Source: Octopus bimaculoides (lineage: Eukaryota). From it: 64,000 nt of DNA. The notes under the pieces were generated by a model that worked only from the letters and a program-made list of their open reading frames with translations, ran no database searches and was not told the DNA's origin. Location: the NCBI RefSeq assembly GCF_001194135.2, contig NC_068982.1, forward strand, positions 86,011,553 to 86,075,552, read 5' to 3'. The position numbers and the translations under genes were made by a program. The first letter of the stretch is position 1. Each line of letters begins with the position of its first letter. Positions 11,950-22,946 of the stretch are shown piece after piece.

Positions 11950-14200
11950 AAAATGCAGAATTAGAGATCCTCAACAATGCTCTGTCTGAAATTGGAGAAT
12001 CTCCAATAAAAAAAGAAAAACCCAGATAGATATTACCATCATGTACGCTGAGAAAAAAAGAGAAAAAAGTCGAAAAGGCTTTTGCTCAAAAGATGCAAAT
12101 CATTTCACCTAGAAGGGAAGTTGATGAACCATCAAAAGAAATTAAAGATCATCACCCTGAAAGTGAAATAATGAAAGAGTTAAAAGAAAAATTCACAACA
12201 GAAAAAAGATCAGAAAAACAGCAAATTTTGACAATTCTGCCAAAAAGCTGGTCTTTCAGAAAAATTCCAAAGGAGTTCAATGTGCCTGTTTACATGGCTA
12301 GACTACGAGCAAGGGATTTTATCACATCCTTGCCATAGAAAAAGCACATTTCCTCAAGAAACTGCCAATTGTGTTTCTCGGTTTTATAAAAATGAAGTAA
12401 GCAGAGTTATGCCAGGAAAAAAGGATTAAAAATCAGTAAAAAATGATGGAAAAAGAGTCCATGAGCAAAAGTACCTCATACTTTGTAACTTAAAGGAAGC
12501 TTCCAAATTGTTTAACCCCTTAGCATTTAAACCGGCCATATGCAGTCTAAATATTCTACCTGTTTTATATGTTCCAACTGGCTAGATCCAGCCTCTCACA
12601 CCTACCCTACAGAGTCATTCTAAAAACCAAAAATTTGCACCATTGAAATCTCAAAGTTATGCCATGATTAATTCAGTACAATGTAAATAAATAAGCATCT
12701 AACAGAGTAATCTGAATGCTAAAGGGTGAAATCAAAAAAGTCTTGAAATCAAAATTAGTTTCCCAAAATTTGCAGAGCTAAGGCCAGAAGAATACATACT
12801 TGTAAGTAGTGCAGGTACACATAATGTATGTATGTGCACCGTTCATCAGAATGTCAAACTAATGATTTCTGGCATGAAACTATCTGATTTAACCAAGGAT
12901 ATGAATTGGTTGATTACAAACAATGTTTGGAATCAATTACTTGCAATCCAACAACAAATGATTGCTACATAAGCAACTATTGGAATTGTAATTCTTTACT
13001 AGAAGAGCTTGAAAAATTCTTACATGAAATGTTTAATGTGATAACATACAGTATAAGCAATGGTTAACAACAGACAGAACAATACCAGAAAATCAAAATC
13101 AACAGATGATTTTGTTGAAATTTTCTGTCAAAAGCTTAAATCACATAAAGTGCATGAATTCATTGCAAAGAAATAATCTAAATTTTGAACTTGAAGAAAA
13201 GAATATTTAAGTGAAGAAATTTTAGTCATAAATTTTTCAGAGAATTATTCATTCATCTTGCAAGATGTACAAGGATTTCATAAGAACAATGCCCAAGCCA
13301 CTCTCCATCCATTTGTCTGTTATTATAAACAAAACAATGGTGTGACTAACATCAATGTTGTTATTATACCCGACTGTATGAAGTATGATACAGTAGCAGT
13401 CTATCTTTTCCAAAAAGAGCTGATAGATTTTCTTTGGGGCAAAGCCTTTAATATCAACAAAATTATCTATTTTTCTGATGGTGCTGCTTCACAATATAAA
13501 ACTTGTAAAAATTTTATAAATTTATTCAGCCATTCTGTAGATTTCCAAACCAATGCAGAGTGGCTCTTCTTTGCTACTTCTCAAGGCAAGGGACTTTGTG
13601 ATGGCTTAGGAGGTACAATTAAATGAATGGCAGCTCGGGCAAGTTTACAACAACCTTTCAATGAACAAATCATGACTCCATGACAACTTTATGATTATGG
13701 TCAGCAAAACATTCCTGGAATTAATTTTATCTACTCCTCAAATGATGAAATGCAGAATGAGGAAAATCTCTTGAGAGAGAGATTTAGAAATGCAAGGACA
13801 ATTCCAGGGATACAAAAGTTACATTGCTTTATCCCAAACCCACCTTCAGAAATTAAGGTAAAAATGATATCTACAGTATATAATTATACTAAAATTAGAA
13901 TCTCCATGTAAGATGCTATTCAGTTTGAGGATATAAAAGGGTTAGTAGCTGCAATTTATGATGGTGGTTGGTAGTTAGCCTGTGTTCTAGAAACATACCC
14001 TGAAACTATGCAAGTAAAACTCACGTTTCTTGAACCTAAAGGACCCTCATAATCATTTCAGTTTCCTAGAAAATCAGATGTTTTAACAGTGGATTATTTA
14101 GATATCTTTTGTAAATTTGACCCCAGAACTGCTACAGGAAGAACATATAGTTTTATAGAAAAAGAAATGAAAAATGCATCACAATTATTAATTTAAAGAA
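11950..14200 (+). pseudogene. Decayed DDE transposase of the Sola-like element
   Basis: (D)FSENYSFILQDVQGFH...QATLHP, IIYFSDGAASQYK and WLFFATSQGKGLCDGLGGTIK* (ORF 13258-13626); upstream KFAELRP...HNVCMCTVHQN; several stops and frameshifts. Confidence 0.8.
12516..12726. mobile_element. piggyBac-like MITE (211 bp) inserted in the transposase
   Basis: ttaa|ccccttagcatt ... aatgctaaaggg|tgaa: 12-bp TIR with one mismatch, CCC termini, TTAA target (right copy mutated). Confidence 0.7.
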
Positions 14201-14616
14201 AATTGTCTCATTAAATTTTGAAGATTTCAGAATTTCATCTAACAAGTACCTAAGCATTTAAAGCAAGGCAAGGGTGGGAGGTTGAGACATGTGGCTTCAT
14301 CTGCTAAGCTATCAGGAGTAGCCCCTTAGGTGATGGGGATGCCAACAATTTGTTTAATGATTCTAAGTGTTGGCAGTGGCATTGCCACCATTGACCATAG
14401 CAGAGCTGAAGAGTAGTGACAGTTAAAGTAGACATTATTACTGAAATAATAAAAATGCATATTTTGATTATCAGCACTTTGTTGTCTCCTTCAAGCTCAA
14501 ATTGTCTTGCTTAGTAAGCGATGTTTGATAATTTGTCACTACTTTTCACTATAATTATATTTTTCAAAAATATTTCCCATTGAGATCCCAGTATGAATTT
14601 TTTTATGTGAGTTATA

Positions 14617-15448
14617 GGATCTTTATGGTTTGACGGGCAACACTTGTTTTCTTAACGAAACACTTTCAAACTTGGGATACTGGTAGAATGTGTCATATAA
14701 AACATCTTTTTCTCTTAGCCTTCTTAACAAAAATTACTTCTTAATAAGTTATTTCATGTTAAAATTGTCGTATTTCTGTAATTTCAACCAATCACTGACG
14801 TCTATTCAGCTGAATACAGTTAGTGCTGTTCGGTGTCAAGTGTGTTATTCCCTGTTTAATTATATCATTATTCCCTAGTAAGGGTTTAGGGTTTTAGGGT
14901 TAGGGTTCGGGTTTTAGAGTTAGGGTTAGGGTTTTAGGGTTAGGGTTGGGGTTAGAGTTAGGGTTAGGGTTATGGTTATGAGTTATAGGGTTAAGGTTAT
15001 GGCAAAAATAATCATAACCCTAACCGTAATCCTAAAACTAACCCTAACTCTAAAACCCGAGCCCTAACCCTAAAACCCTAAAGCTAAAACCAGTACAAAC
15101 GCACGAACGATGTCATAAATAACAGTGACAAACGAAATATATACCGCTGATAGTTGTTGTTGACAACGGATAGTTTTTGTTGACAAACAACGGCACTAAT
15201 TTTATTCAAGGGAAAAGATCCCCTGACACCGTTGTTTACATTCCACAGCATAATTGTTTTCACCTCAATAGACATCAGTGATTGGTTGAAATTACAGAAA
15301 TACGACAATTTTTTACATGAAATAACTTTGAATACAACATTTTTTATCTGTTCTATAACACAAAATATACAAGTATTCGAAGTTTGAAAGTGTTTCGGTA
15401 CCAAGAACACTACATAAAAAAATGTTGCCCGTCAAACCAAAAAGATCC
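14617..15448. mobile_element. 832-bp MITE with GG-starting TIRs and 8-bp TSD (Merlin-like), carrying telomere-like arrays
   Basis: TIRs ggatctttatggtttgacgggcaaca / tgttgcccgtcaaaccaaaaagatcc, with imperfect similarity extending ~190 bp; exact TSD gagttata at 14609-14616 and 15449-15456. Confidence 0.85.
14881..15087. repeat. Head-to-head degenerate (TTAGGG)n / (CCCTAA)n arrays
   Basis: G-strand tract ~14881-15000, ~10-nt spacer, C-strand tract ~15012-15087. Confidence 0.9.
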
Positions 15449-16733
15449 GAGTTATATTTTATGTGAGCAATATTTGGACAAAATTTCAAAAAAGTCAATG
15501 ACCACATCTTTTGTCCTATGAAACTTTATTATTTTTATTGTAAGTAAAAAATACACTAAACAAAAGCTGTAGACCTATTTAAATGCTTTAAAATGAAAAA
15601 AAAAAAAATGAGCTTTCTACCTCAAGTAGTAGCTGAGATATAACTTCTCAGTTATTGAGTAACTGAAAAAATGTCACCTTTTTCAAAATTTCAAATGGTC
15701 ATAACTCAGCAAATATTGGAGTCAAGTAAAAACTATTTCATATTTAAAGGTCTCATATGAAGGCCATTTAGCATGCAAAGTTTGAAAGAAATCAATTTTA
15801 GTCACCTTCAATTTTTTAAAAAATGGCATTGATCAACATAACTTTTCTCCAATGCTACTCCAACACCTACTCTTTTAGTTCAATGCTTATCTCTTCCTGC
15901 CTCTTTGTCTGGTCAGTTGACATTCCTAACTGCTTTATGGTCTGCTTAATTTGACCACCCATGATGTTTGCTTTCTCTAAGCTGATTTTAACTTTATTTC
16001 ACCCCACTCTTTCCTCTTCTCTGTTTCTTGTATTCTATCCTTCTTCCTTTCTTCTTATGTCCTAGAAGCTCTCCTACCTTTTTCCCTCACCTTTGATCTC
16101 TTTCTGCTTCCTCTCTCCCTTTAACCACATGTTTTAGCTAACACTACTATATGAACCACATTTGCCAATGTTCTGTTGATGAAGGAAGCCAGACACTGTA
16201 ATAATCCATGTTACTGGTTACTGATTACACACCAATACATGCACATTTCATCAGCAAATTATGATTATTATTTAACTCTGGTTTTCCTGAAATAGCTGTC
16301 AAGTTAAGAAATTACATATTTTCTTCATATTTTTATTCTATATTTTTTGTGATCTATGTAGATATATTTATAACTAGGCTAACTGTGTTTATCTCCATTA
16401 CTACCTCCATATCAGCCCAATTTGGATTTGTTTTATAGCTTCTCTTGACATTGCAGGCCTTGCCCTGGATTAAGAATTCAGAGTTTGAGTTAAAATTAAT
16501 TTGAGCACTACTATGTGTTTTCTACACTCCACATGCCTATTTCACCTATTGTCTATGTACAGATTCTGCCAAAAAAAACTTATACACACTTCAGGAAAGG
16601 AAAAATCTGTATAAATATTTAACTCATATAAGTACCTCTATTAATATAAATATCTCTGTTCTATATTTAATAGATGAGAAATTATGTACATTATTTACAT
16701 TTGATGGATATTTGTCTTGATCTTGTTTGTTGT

Positions 16734-16759
<26 letters not shown>

Positions 16760-16765
<6 letters not shown>

Positions 16766-16840
16766 CTCAGTGCCTGGAATCGAACTTGGAATCCTGGGGT
16801 TAGTAGCCTGCGCTCTTAACTATTATGCTATATGACCTGA
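16760..16840 (-). mobile_element. tRNA-derived head flanked by (TTA)n and (TAA)n; part of a composite repeat
   Basis: Minus: ggtcatatagcataatagttaagagcgcaggctACTaaccccaggattccaagTTCGATTccaggca; A/B-box-like motifs, but stems are poorly paired. Confidence 0.75.
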
Positions 16841-16920
16841 ATAATAATAATGATAATAATAATAACAACAACATTGAAAAATATCTTAGGAACGAGAACC
16901 CAGGTTCAAATTTTCCCCAA

Positions 16921-16966
16921 GACACCTGACGAAGGCTGGAGGGTATATCAGCCGAAATGTTGTGTT
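16921..16966 (+). ncRNA. Minimal type-I hammerhead ribozyme motif (one core-adjacent mutation)
   Basis: gacac-CTGACGA-a-ggctg(loop)cagcc-GAAA-t-GTT-gtgtt: stem I gacac/gtgtt, 5-bp stem II; expected GAAAC reads GAAAT. Confidence 0.6.
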
Positions 16967-17079
16967 AACAACAAACAAGATGAGGACAAATATCTGTCAA
17001 ATGTAAATAATGTAAATAATATAAATATCTCTTTCAATGTTTTATCAAATTACGATCACACTGTTTACTATAGTATGAC

Positions 17080-18729
17080 ATTTTCGCAACATGGCTGTAG
17101 CATCAAGTGATATCTACAACATAGAGGACATATGATTATCATTTGAGGAATGTAAGATCATTTTAAAGGACTGTAAGATTATTTTAAAGGAACGTTAGAT
17201 TATTTTAAAGTGGTATTTCAAATTTGAGAATGTTGTTGAAGTCCTAAGATTTTGGAGCGGTGAGTTTGAAACACAAACTCCAACACATTTGACAATTTCA
17301 TGGATTCATGTTCAGTTTGAAGCACATGGTTCTGTGTGTGATGTGCATAAAGGAAAATCCAGCAGACCTTGTATAGCAACAGCTATGGTGTTGGAACTGT
17401 TCACACATTTGCCACAGAAGTCTATCACACAATGTGCATAAGAAACAGAAGCAGTACAAACATATGGTGCATTCTTAAAAGAGATTATTATATGCAATTA
17501 ATGAAGACAGTCCGAAATAGAAGAATCCAGTTTTGTGAGTGGTTTCAACACATGGAAGGCAAGGACGAAGAGCTGGTGAGAAAGTTTGTATGGTCTAATG
17601 AAACACAATTTAAGCTACATGGAACAGTGAACCAACATAATTGTGTTTACTGATCATCAGAAAATCCTCACATGCATGTGGACAAAGCAGTCAATGTCTA
17701 GTGTAGTGTGTCATCTAGAGGTTTAACAAGACCATTTTTCTTTGAAGGTACTGTTACTGGTCAGGCATATCGCCACACTACCACCAAAACGTGTGAGCTT
17801 ATCTCAATGAAAGTTTGCAAGGACACTGGCTAGGACAAAGAGGCATAGTCGAATTCCCCTCACGTTCTCCCGATTTAACACCTGCAGACTTTTACCTATG
17901 GAGGACCCTAAGGGTTGTTGTATATAACAAAAAACTGACTACATTGACAGAACTAAGACAAGAAATTGAAAATGCATGTACAGCAATCCTAGTTTGCCAT
18001 ACACATAAATGTTTGGAGGCTAATGACCACCACTTTGAGCAACTCTTGTAATTGAAGAGTCCAAAGGTAACTTGTATTAATCTTGTGAGGTCTGAATGAA
18101 TTTAGAATTAAAATATTTATACAAGAATCTGAGGTAGAGGGAAACTCAGGAAGACATGGGATGAGGTGGTGAAGCATGACCATCGAATGTTGGGCCTCAC
18201 AGAGGCAATGACAAAGACAGAGACCTCTGGAGGTATGCTGTGACTGAGAAGACCTGGCAAATAAAGTGAGTCCACAGCTGTAACCTACACCAGTGTGGCA
18301 TAACCAGCCCACTCAAAAGTACCTTGGATCGTAGGGCGACATGCTGTGTTTGAGGAAACCTACTGAGTCAAGTACATCAACATCAGTAATATCAAAATCA
18401 AATTCAATGGAAATTGTAGTTGCGAGCCCTGGGCCGGTAGCAGGTAAAGAGCACCATCCGAATGTGGTTGATGTCAGTACCGCTTTGACTAGCTTCCATG
18501 CCAGTGGCACGTAAAAAGCACCCACTACACTCTCAGAGTGGTTGGCATTAGGAAGGGCATCCAGCTGTAGAAACACTGCCAGATCAGATTGGGGTCTGGT
18601 GTAGCCTCCTGGCTTCCCAGACCCCAGTCGAACCGTCCAACCCATGCCAGCATGGAAAACGGACGTTAAATGATGATGATGATGATTTTTCCTTTCCTGA
18701 AGTGCATATACATTGTTTTGGCAGACTCT

Positions 18730-18730
<1 letters not shown>
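17080..18730 (+). mobile_element. Tc1-like transposon relic with an RTE fragment inserted near its 3' end
   Basis: RRIQFCEWF...VWSNETQFKLHGTVNQHNC and FPSRSPDLTPADFYLW; putative 3' TIR gttttggcagactctg|ta at 18700-18732. Confidence 0.8.
18125..18686 (+). mobile_element. RTE LINE 3' end (ORF C-terminus, 3' UTR, (GAT)n tail)
   Basis: G.LRKTWDEVVKHD.RMLGLTEAM-like C-terminus; ends catgccagcatggaaaacggacgttaaatgatgatgat. Confidence 0.9.
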
Positions 18731-18777
<47 letters not shown>

Positions 18778-19266
18778 GTGTAAGTTTTATCATTAATGGT
18801 GTGTGAAACTGAGTATTACCAATTGGTTGATAACTGATGAAGAATTAAGGACTTTCTGTGTTTGTCTCCTGTCCAGTTGAACACTCAGTATACATTATAT
18901 CGTTTGGCTATTTACCATACATTTGTTCATTTATTATATATGTATATATATATATATAAGCTGGTCCTAAAATCTCTGTAAGAGATGAATGCAGTAGCTG
19001 TAGTACTGGCAAGTAATGTCTGTTGCAACTTCAACACGGCTGTTCTGTTTGAAAGGATATTACTGCAACTTTTTAACCCCAGGAAATGTCCTCTTGGGGT
19101 TAAAAAATCCCAGTAACATCTGTTCAAATGGAACACCCATGTTGAAGTGGTGACAACAAACATTACTGATATATATAATCAGTAAATCATATATCCAAAA
19201 GAGAAGCACACTCTAAGTTATAGAGCAGTAGAGTGTTTAGATAAAGGTAGTTATGACCGGTCTATG

Positions 19267-19322
19267 GGGTTATCCAGGGTTTCACATCCATAAAATGCTT
19301 AGCTTTATGTCTCATCAGACCC
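19267..19322 (-). ncRNA. Hammerhead ribozyme-like motif in PLE terminal repeat
   Basis: gggt-CTGATGA-gacat...atgt-GAAAC-cctgga-TA-accc: intact core boxes, 4-bp stem I, imperfect stem III. Confidence 0.6.
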
Positions 19323-20866
19323 TAAAGGCCAGTGACCAAAAACCTCCCTTCAAAGTGGTGGAACATACAAAAGAGAAGGGTCAAATGCATGGTATTGTCT
19401 CCCTTAGACTGTTATCTGGAATCTACCCAGTCTACTTGCGGGCCTCAGGATTTTAGTAGGAATCGCCTGAAGTATAAGCAGAGTCTGAAGACTTAGATCC
19501 TGGAATTTAAGATGTCAAGGAAGTTCTTTAATATCTTCATCCATTCAGCTACGCACAACTTGCAATGCTTGCTCCTGTTGATGTAGGGGGCCTGGTTTCT
19601 CTAGGATCTTCGATGGGATTATTTGTGGAATCTCTTTCTACTACAGGTGCCACATGTGGCAGACCAAGGAAAACAACATTATACCTAGTTAAATCTGAGA
19701 CTAGTCTGGTGAGCAAGCACATACTGAAGAACATCAACAATGACATAAGGAGAACCACCAACGTCTCCCTATGGCACAGCACAAATGATGTGATTACATG
19801 GTTTAATACCAATAAGGGAATAAGAAGAGCAAGGTTTACCCAGTTCAACATAGTCAATTTTTACCCAAGGCACTTTCTTTTGCTAGGGGGCTTCACTGAC
19901 ATTAGCGATAGGGACATAAATGTCATCATGCATGCCAGGAAAAAGGTGCTGTTCAGTAAAAGATTCAGCCTGGGTCAAGCAAACTGACCCCGTGGGCTCT
20001 TTTGACATAGCAACAGGGACCTATGACAGCACTGATATATGCAACCTCATAAGGTTATATATACTGGATACCCTAAAGAAGAAATTCCACTCTGTTCTCT
20101 TTGGTTTCTACAGAGATGATAGCCCTGGCTATCTCTAGAGGAGCTAAAGGGAATGCCCTAGATAGGCTTAGGAAAGATCTGATTGGCACCTTTAGCTTGA
20201 TGGGACTGAAAATTACAATCGAGACCAAAATCACCACTGCAGACTTCTTAGATGTCAAGCTCAATTTGGGCTCTGGTACATACAGGCCCTATCACAAGCC
20301 AAACGAGAGGCTGGCATATATCAACACAGCCTCCTGCCACCCACCCATCATGTTCAAAAATCTGATGAAGGGTGTTAGCAGGAGGATCTTGAATCTGTCC
20401 TCTTGCCAAGAAATTTTCAATGCAGCAGCCTCCTAATATAACGAGGCCCTAACTGCTAGTGGGTTTAGGGACTGCATCTCCTACATGCTGGGCCCTAACA
20501 CCCACAGAAGAAAGCACCACCAAAATATCATTTGGTTTGCCCCCACCCTCTCTCAACTTAAAAATGTGGGTAGGTAGGATATTCCTTACTCTAGTAGATA
20601 AGCACTTTACACAATCACATAGGTACTGATGCATATTCAGCAGACACAACCTAGGAGTCTCTTTTAGCTGTACCCCCTGCTTACACTTCAGGCAATTTCT
20701 ACTGAAATCCTGGGACCCACAAGCAGACTGGGTAGATTCTGCATAACAGTCTAAGAGAGATAATCCCTTACACTTGACTTTTCTCTTCTGTTTGTGTGTT
20801 CAACAACTAGCCATGAGATCTTTTCTCTCTCCACTTTGAAGAGAAGTTATAGGCCACCAACCATTA

Positions 20867-20924
20867 GGATCTGACAAGACATTGTAAAGCTAAGGGCTTT
20901 ATGGACGCAAAACCTGGGTAACCC
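20867..20924 (+). ncRNA. Decayed hammerhead motif (mate of 19267-19322)
   Basis: ggat-ctgacAag...gcAaaac-ctgg-gta-accc; the departures from CTGACGAG, CGAAAC and ACCCGGGT are all CpG-type transitions. Confidence 0.5.
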
Positions 20925-21274
20925 TATAGACTGGTCATAACTATCTATCTATCTATCTATCTATCTATCTGTATATACATATATGAATAAATAACAACAA
21001 ATGGNNNNNNNNNNNNNNNNNNNNNNNNNNNNNNNNNNNNNNNNNNNNNNNNNNNNNNNNNNNNNNNNNNNNNNNNNNNNNNNNNNNNNNNNNNNNNNNN
21101 NNNNNNNNNNNNNNNNNNNNNNNNNNNNNNNNNNNNNNNNNNNNNNNAGCTAAGGGCTTTATGGACGCAAAACCTGGGTAACCCTATAGACTGGTCATAA
21201 CTATCTATCTATCTATCTATCTATCTATCTGTATATACATATATGAATAAATAACAACAAATGGATAATGTGTG

Positions 21275-21655
21275 AATTCACTACAGCTGTTTCCAATGAA
21301 TTTTTAATTGATTAATGGAGACATTACACCATCAGGTGTAATGAATTACAACATTCAAAATCCAACAGATTTTTACTGTGGATAAAAATGTCTTTTTCCA
21401 TCATGCTTAAAATCTAAGCACCATAAGTGTTGTAGAATTAAAATTCAAATGGCTGATGTATTGTAGTTGAACAGGATTTGGGAGAAATAGTAAGGTGCCA
21501 GGTTTATTTTTCGTGTATACAAAAATAAAATGTATACACAACAAAAATGGAGGCATACATATGTGAGTACCAAAGTACAGGTAGAAAGATATTCAGGTTA
21601 TGAATATGATTAACTGTACCCAACTGACTATATCATGAGTCTAGAGGCTATTTAT

Positions 21656-21694
<39 letters not shown>

Positions 21695-22435
21695 GGAAGA
21701 AAAAGGGAAGAGGAGAATTTCAATTATCTCCATGTGGTGAGTTGTAAATGTAAAAATATACATAAAAGAAGAAAAATGCACAGTTTACATAGTTTTAATA
21801 TATTTTTGTATATATTTTTTGAGTGAAAGAGTATTGTGTTTGTCAACTGGTTTTGCTTTCGCTAATCATCACATTGAAATTATAGTAATTTCATATTTTT
21901 TAAAGAAGATTTTAGTCCCTGTTGTGTATGGGGGGTTTGTGAATGAAATGGATCAACAGGTAGAAAAATATAAGGGGAGGTAATTGGTGATCGTTATTAT
22001 TAGGGACAGGGGAGATAACTGCAAATTTTGGGCAGGGAGTAAATAAATATAAAAACACAAAAGTTAAAGTAGTGAGATGAAATATTTATAGTGATGTGTA
22101 TGTGAACATGAATTAAAATATATACTAAAATCAAAGCTGGTTATGCGTTTGTATTTAGGCGTGTTCTGTATTTCAATAATTAAATTTTCCTTATTTAAAT
22201 GTTCTACAGAAATTGTTTCTTTGCACTGATAGATGGGGAAAAGCGAAGATTGGTTGGATATCTTTCTGTGTGTTCACTCAAAGGAATCTGTCTGTACTGT
22301 GGTAAATAGATCTGTTCCTTATGTAGTGTGGTTCTCAGTTTAAATGCCATTCTTGTCTGCCCTATATAGTTATAACCACAACCTGAACAAGTTATAACAT
22401 AAATTAGATTCTTGGAGGTACATGTGAAGTTGGTT
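21275..22435 (-). mobile_element. Penelope-like element 3' part: GIY-YIG endonuclease plus 3' repeat
   Basis: Minus frame from ~22431 reads NFTCTSKNLIYVITCSGCGYNYIGQTRMAFKLRTTLHKEQI...PLSEH (not in the ORF track); hammerhead-like motif at 21277-21340. Confidence 0.85.
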
Positions 22436-22480
22436 ACACATGTTATATATACATGTGCCTATATAAGGGTGTGTGTGTGT

Positions 22481-22536
<56 letters not shown>

Positions 22537-22946
22537 NNNNNNNNNNNNNNNNNNNNNNNNNNNNNNNNNNNNNNNNNNNNNNNNNNNNNNNNNNNNNNNN
22601 NNNNNNNNNNNNNNNNNNNNNNNNNNNNNNNNNNNNNNNNNNNNNNNNNNNNNNNNNNNNNNNNNNNNNNNNNNNNNNNNNNNNNNNNNNNNNNNNNNNN
22701 NNNNNNNNNNNNNNNNNNNNNNNNNNNNNNNNNNNNNNNNNNNNNNNNNNNNNNNNNNNNNNNNNNNNNNNNNNNNNNNNNNNNNNNNNNNNNNNNNNNN
22801 NNNNNNNNNNNNNNNNNNNNNNNNNNNNNNNNNNNNNNNNNNNNNNNNNNNNNNNNNNNNNNNNNNNNNNNNNNNNNNNNNNNNNNNNNNNNNNNNNNNN
22901 NNNNNNNNNNNNNNNNNNNNNNNNNNNNNNNNNNNNNNNNNNNNAA

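Larger units (their letters stand above)
11116..15838 (+). mobile_element. Sola-like (probably Sola2) DNA transposon with ~450-bp TIRs and two nested MITEs
   Basis: 11150-11570 is inverted at 14580-14616 plus 15449-15810; left terminus gggttgttccatgc. Superfamily assignment rests on recalled motifs. Confidence 0.65.
19245..20945 (+). mobile_element. Penelope-like element fragment bounded by ~250-bp inverted pseudo-LTR copies
   Basis: RT/thumb motifs FDIATGTYDSTDICNLIRLYIL, GFYRDDS and ADFLDVKLNLGSGTYRPYHKPN...YINTASCHPP; 19245-19490 is the reverse complement of 20670-20945. Confidence 0.85.

Noticed and set aside
14881-15087. Ancestral telomere-telomere chromosome fusion site
   Set aside because: The arrays are short, mirror each other's variants and lie inside TIRs with an exact 8-bp TSD, which indicates a transposon.
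16400-16460. Possible minus-strand 60-nt exon (GKACNVKRSY...)
   Set aside because: Weak donor (gtagta) and no recognisable homology.
16765-16837. Functional tRNA gene (ACT anticodon)
   Set aside because: Anticodon, D and T stems pair poorly and it is embedded in a repeat; treated as a tRNA-derived head. tRNAscan-SE would settle it.
20888-21264. 117-bp direct repeat (20888-21004 = 21148-21264)
   Set aside because: Exact copy on both sides of a gap; typical scaffolding overlap artefact.
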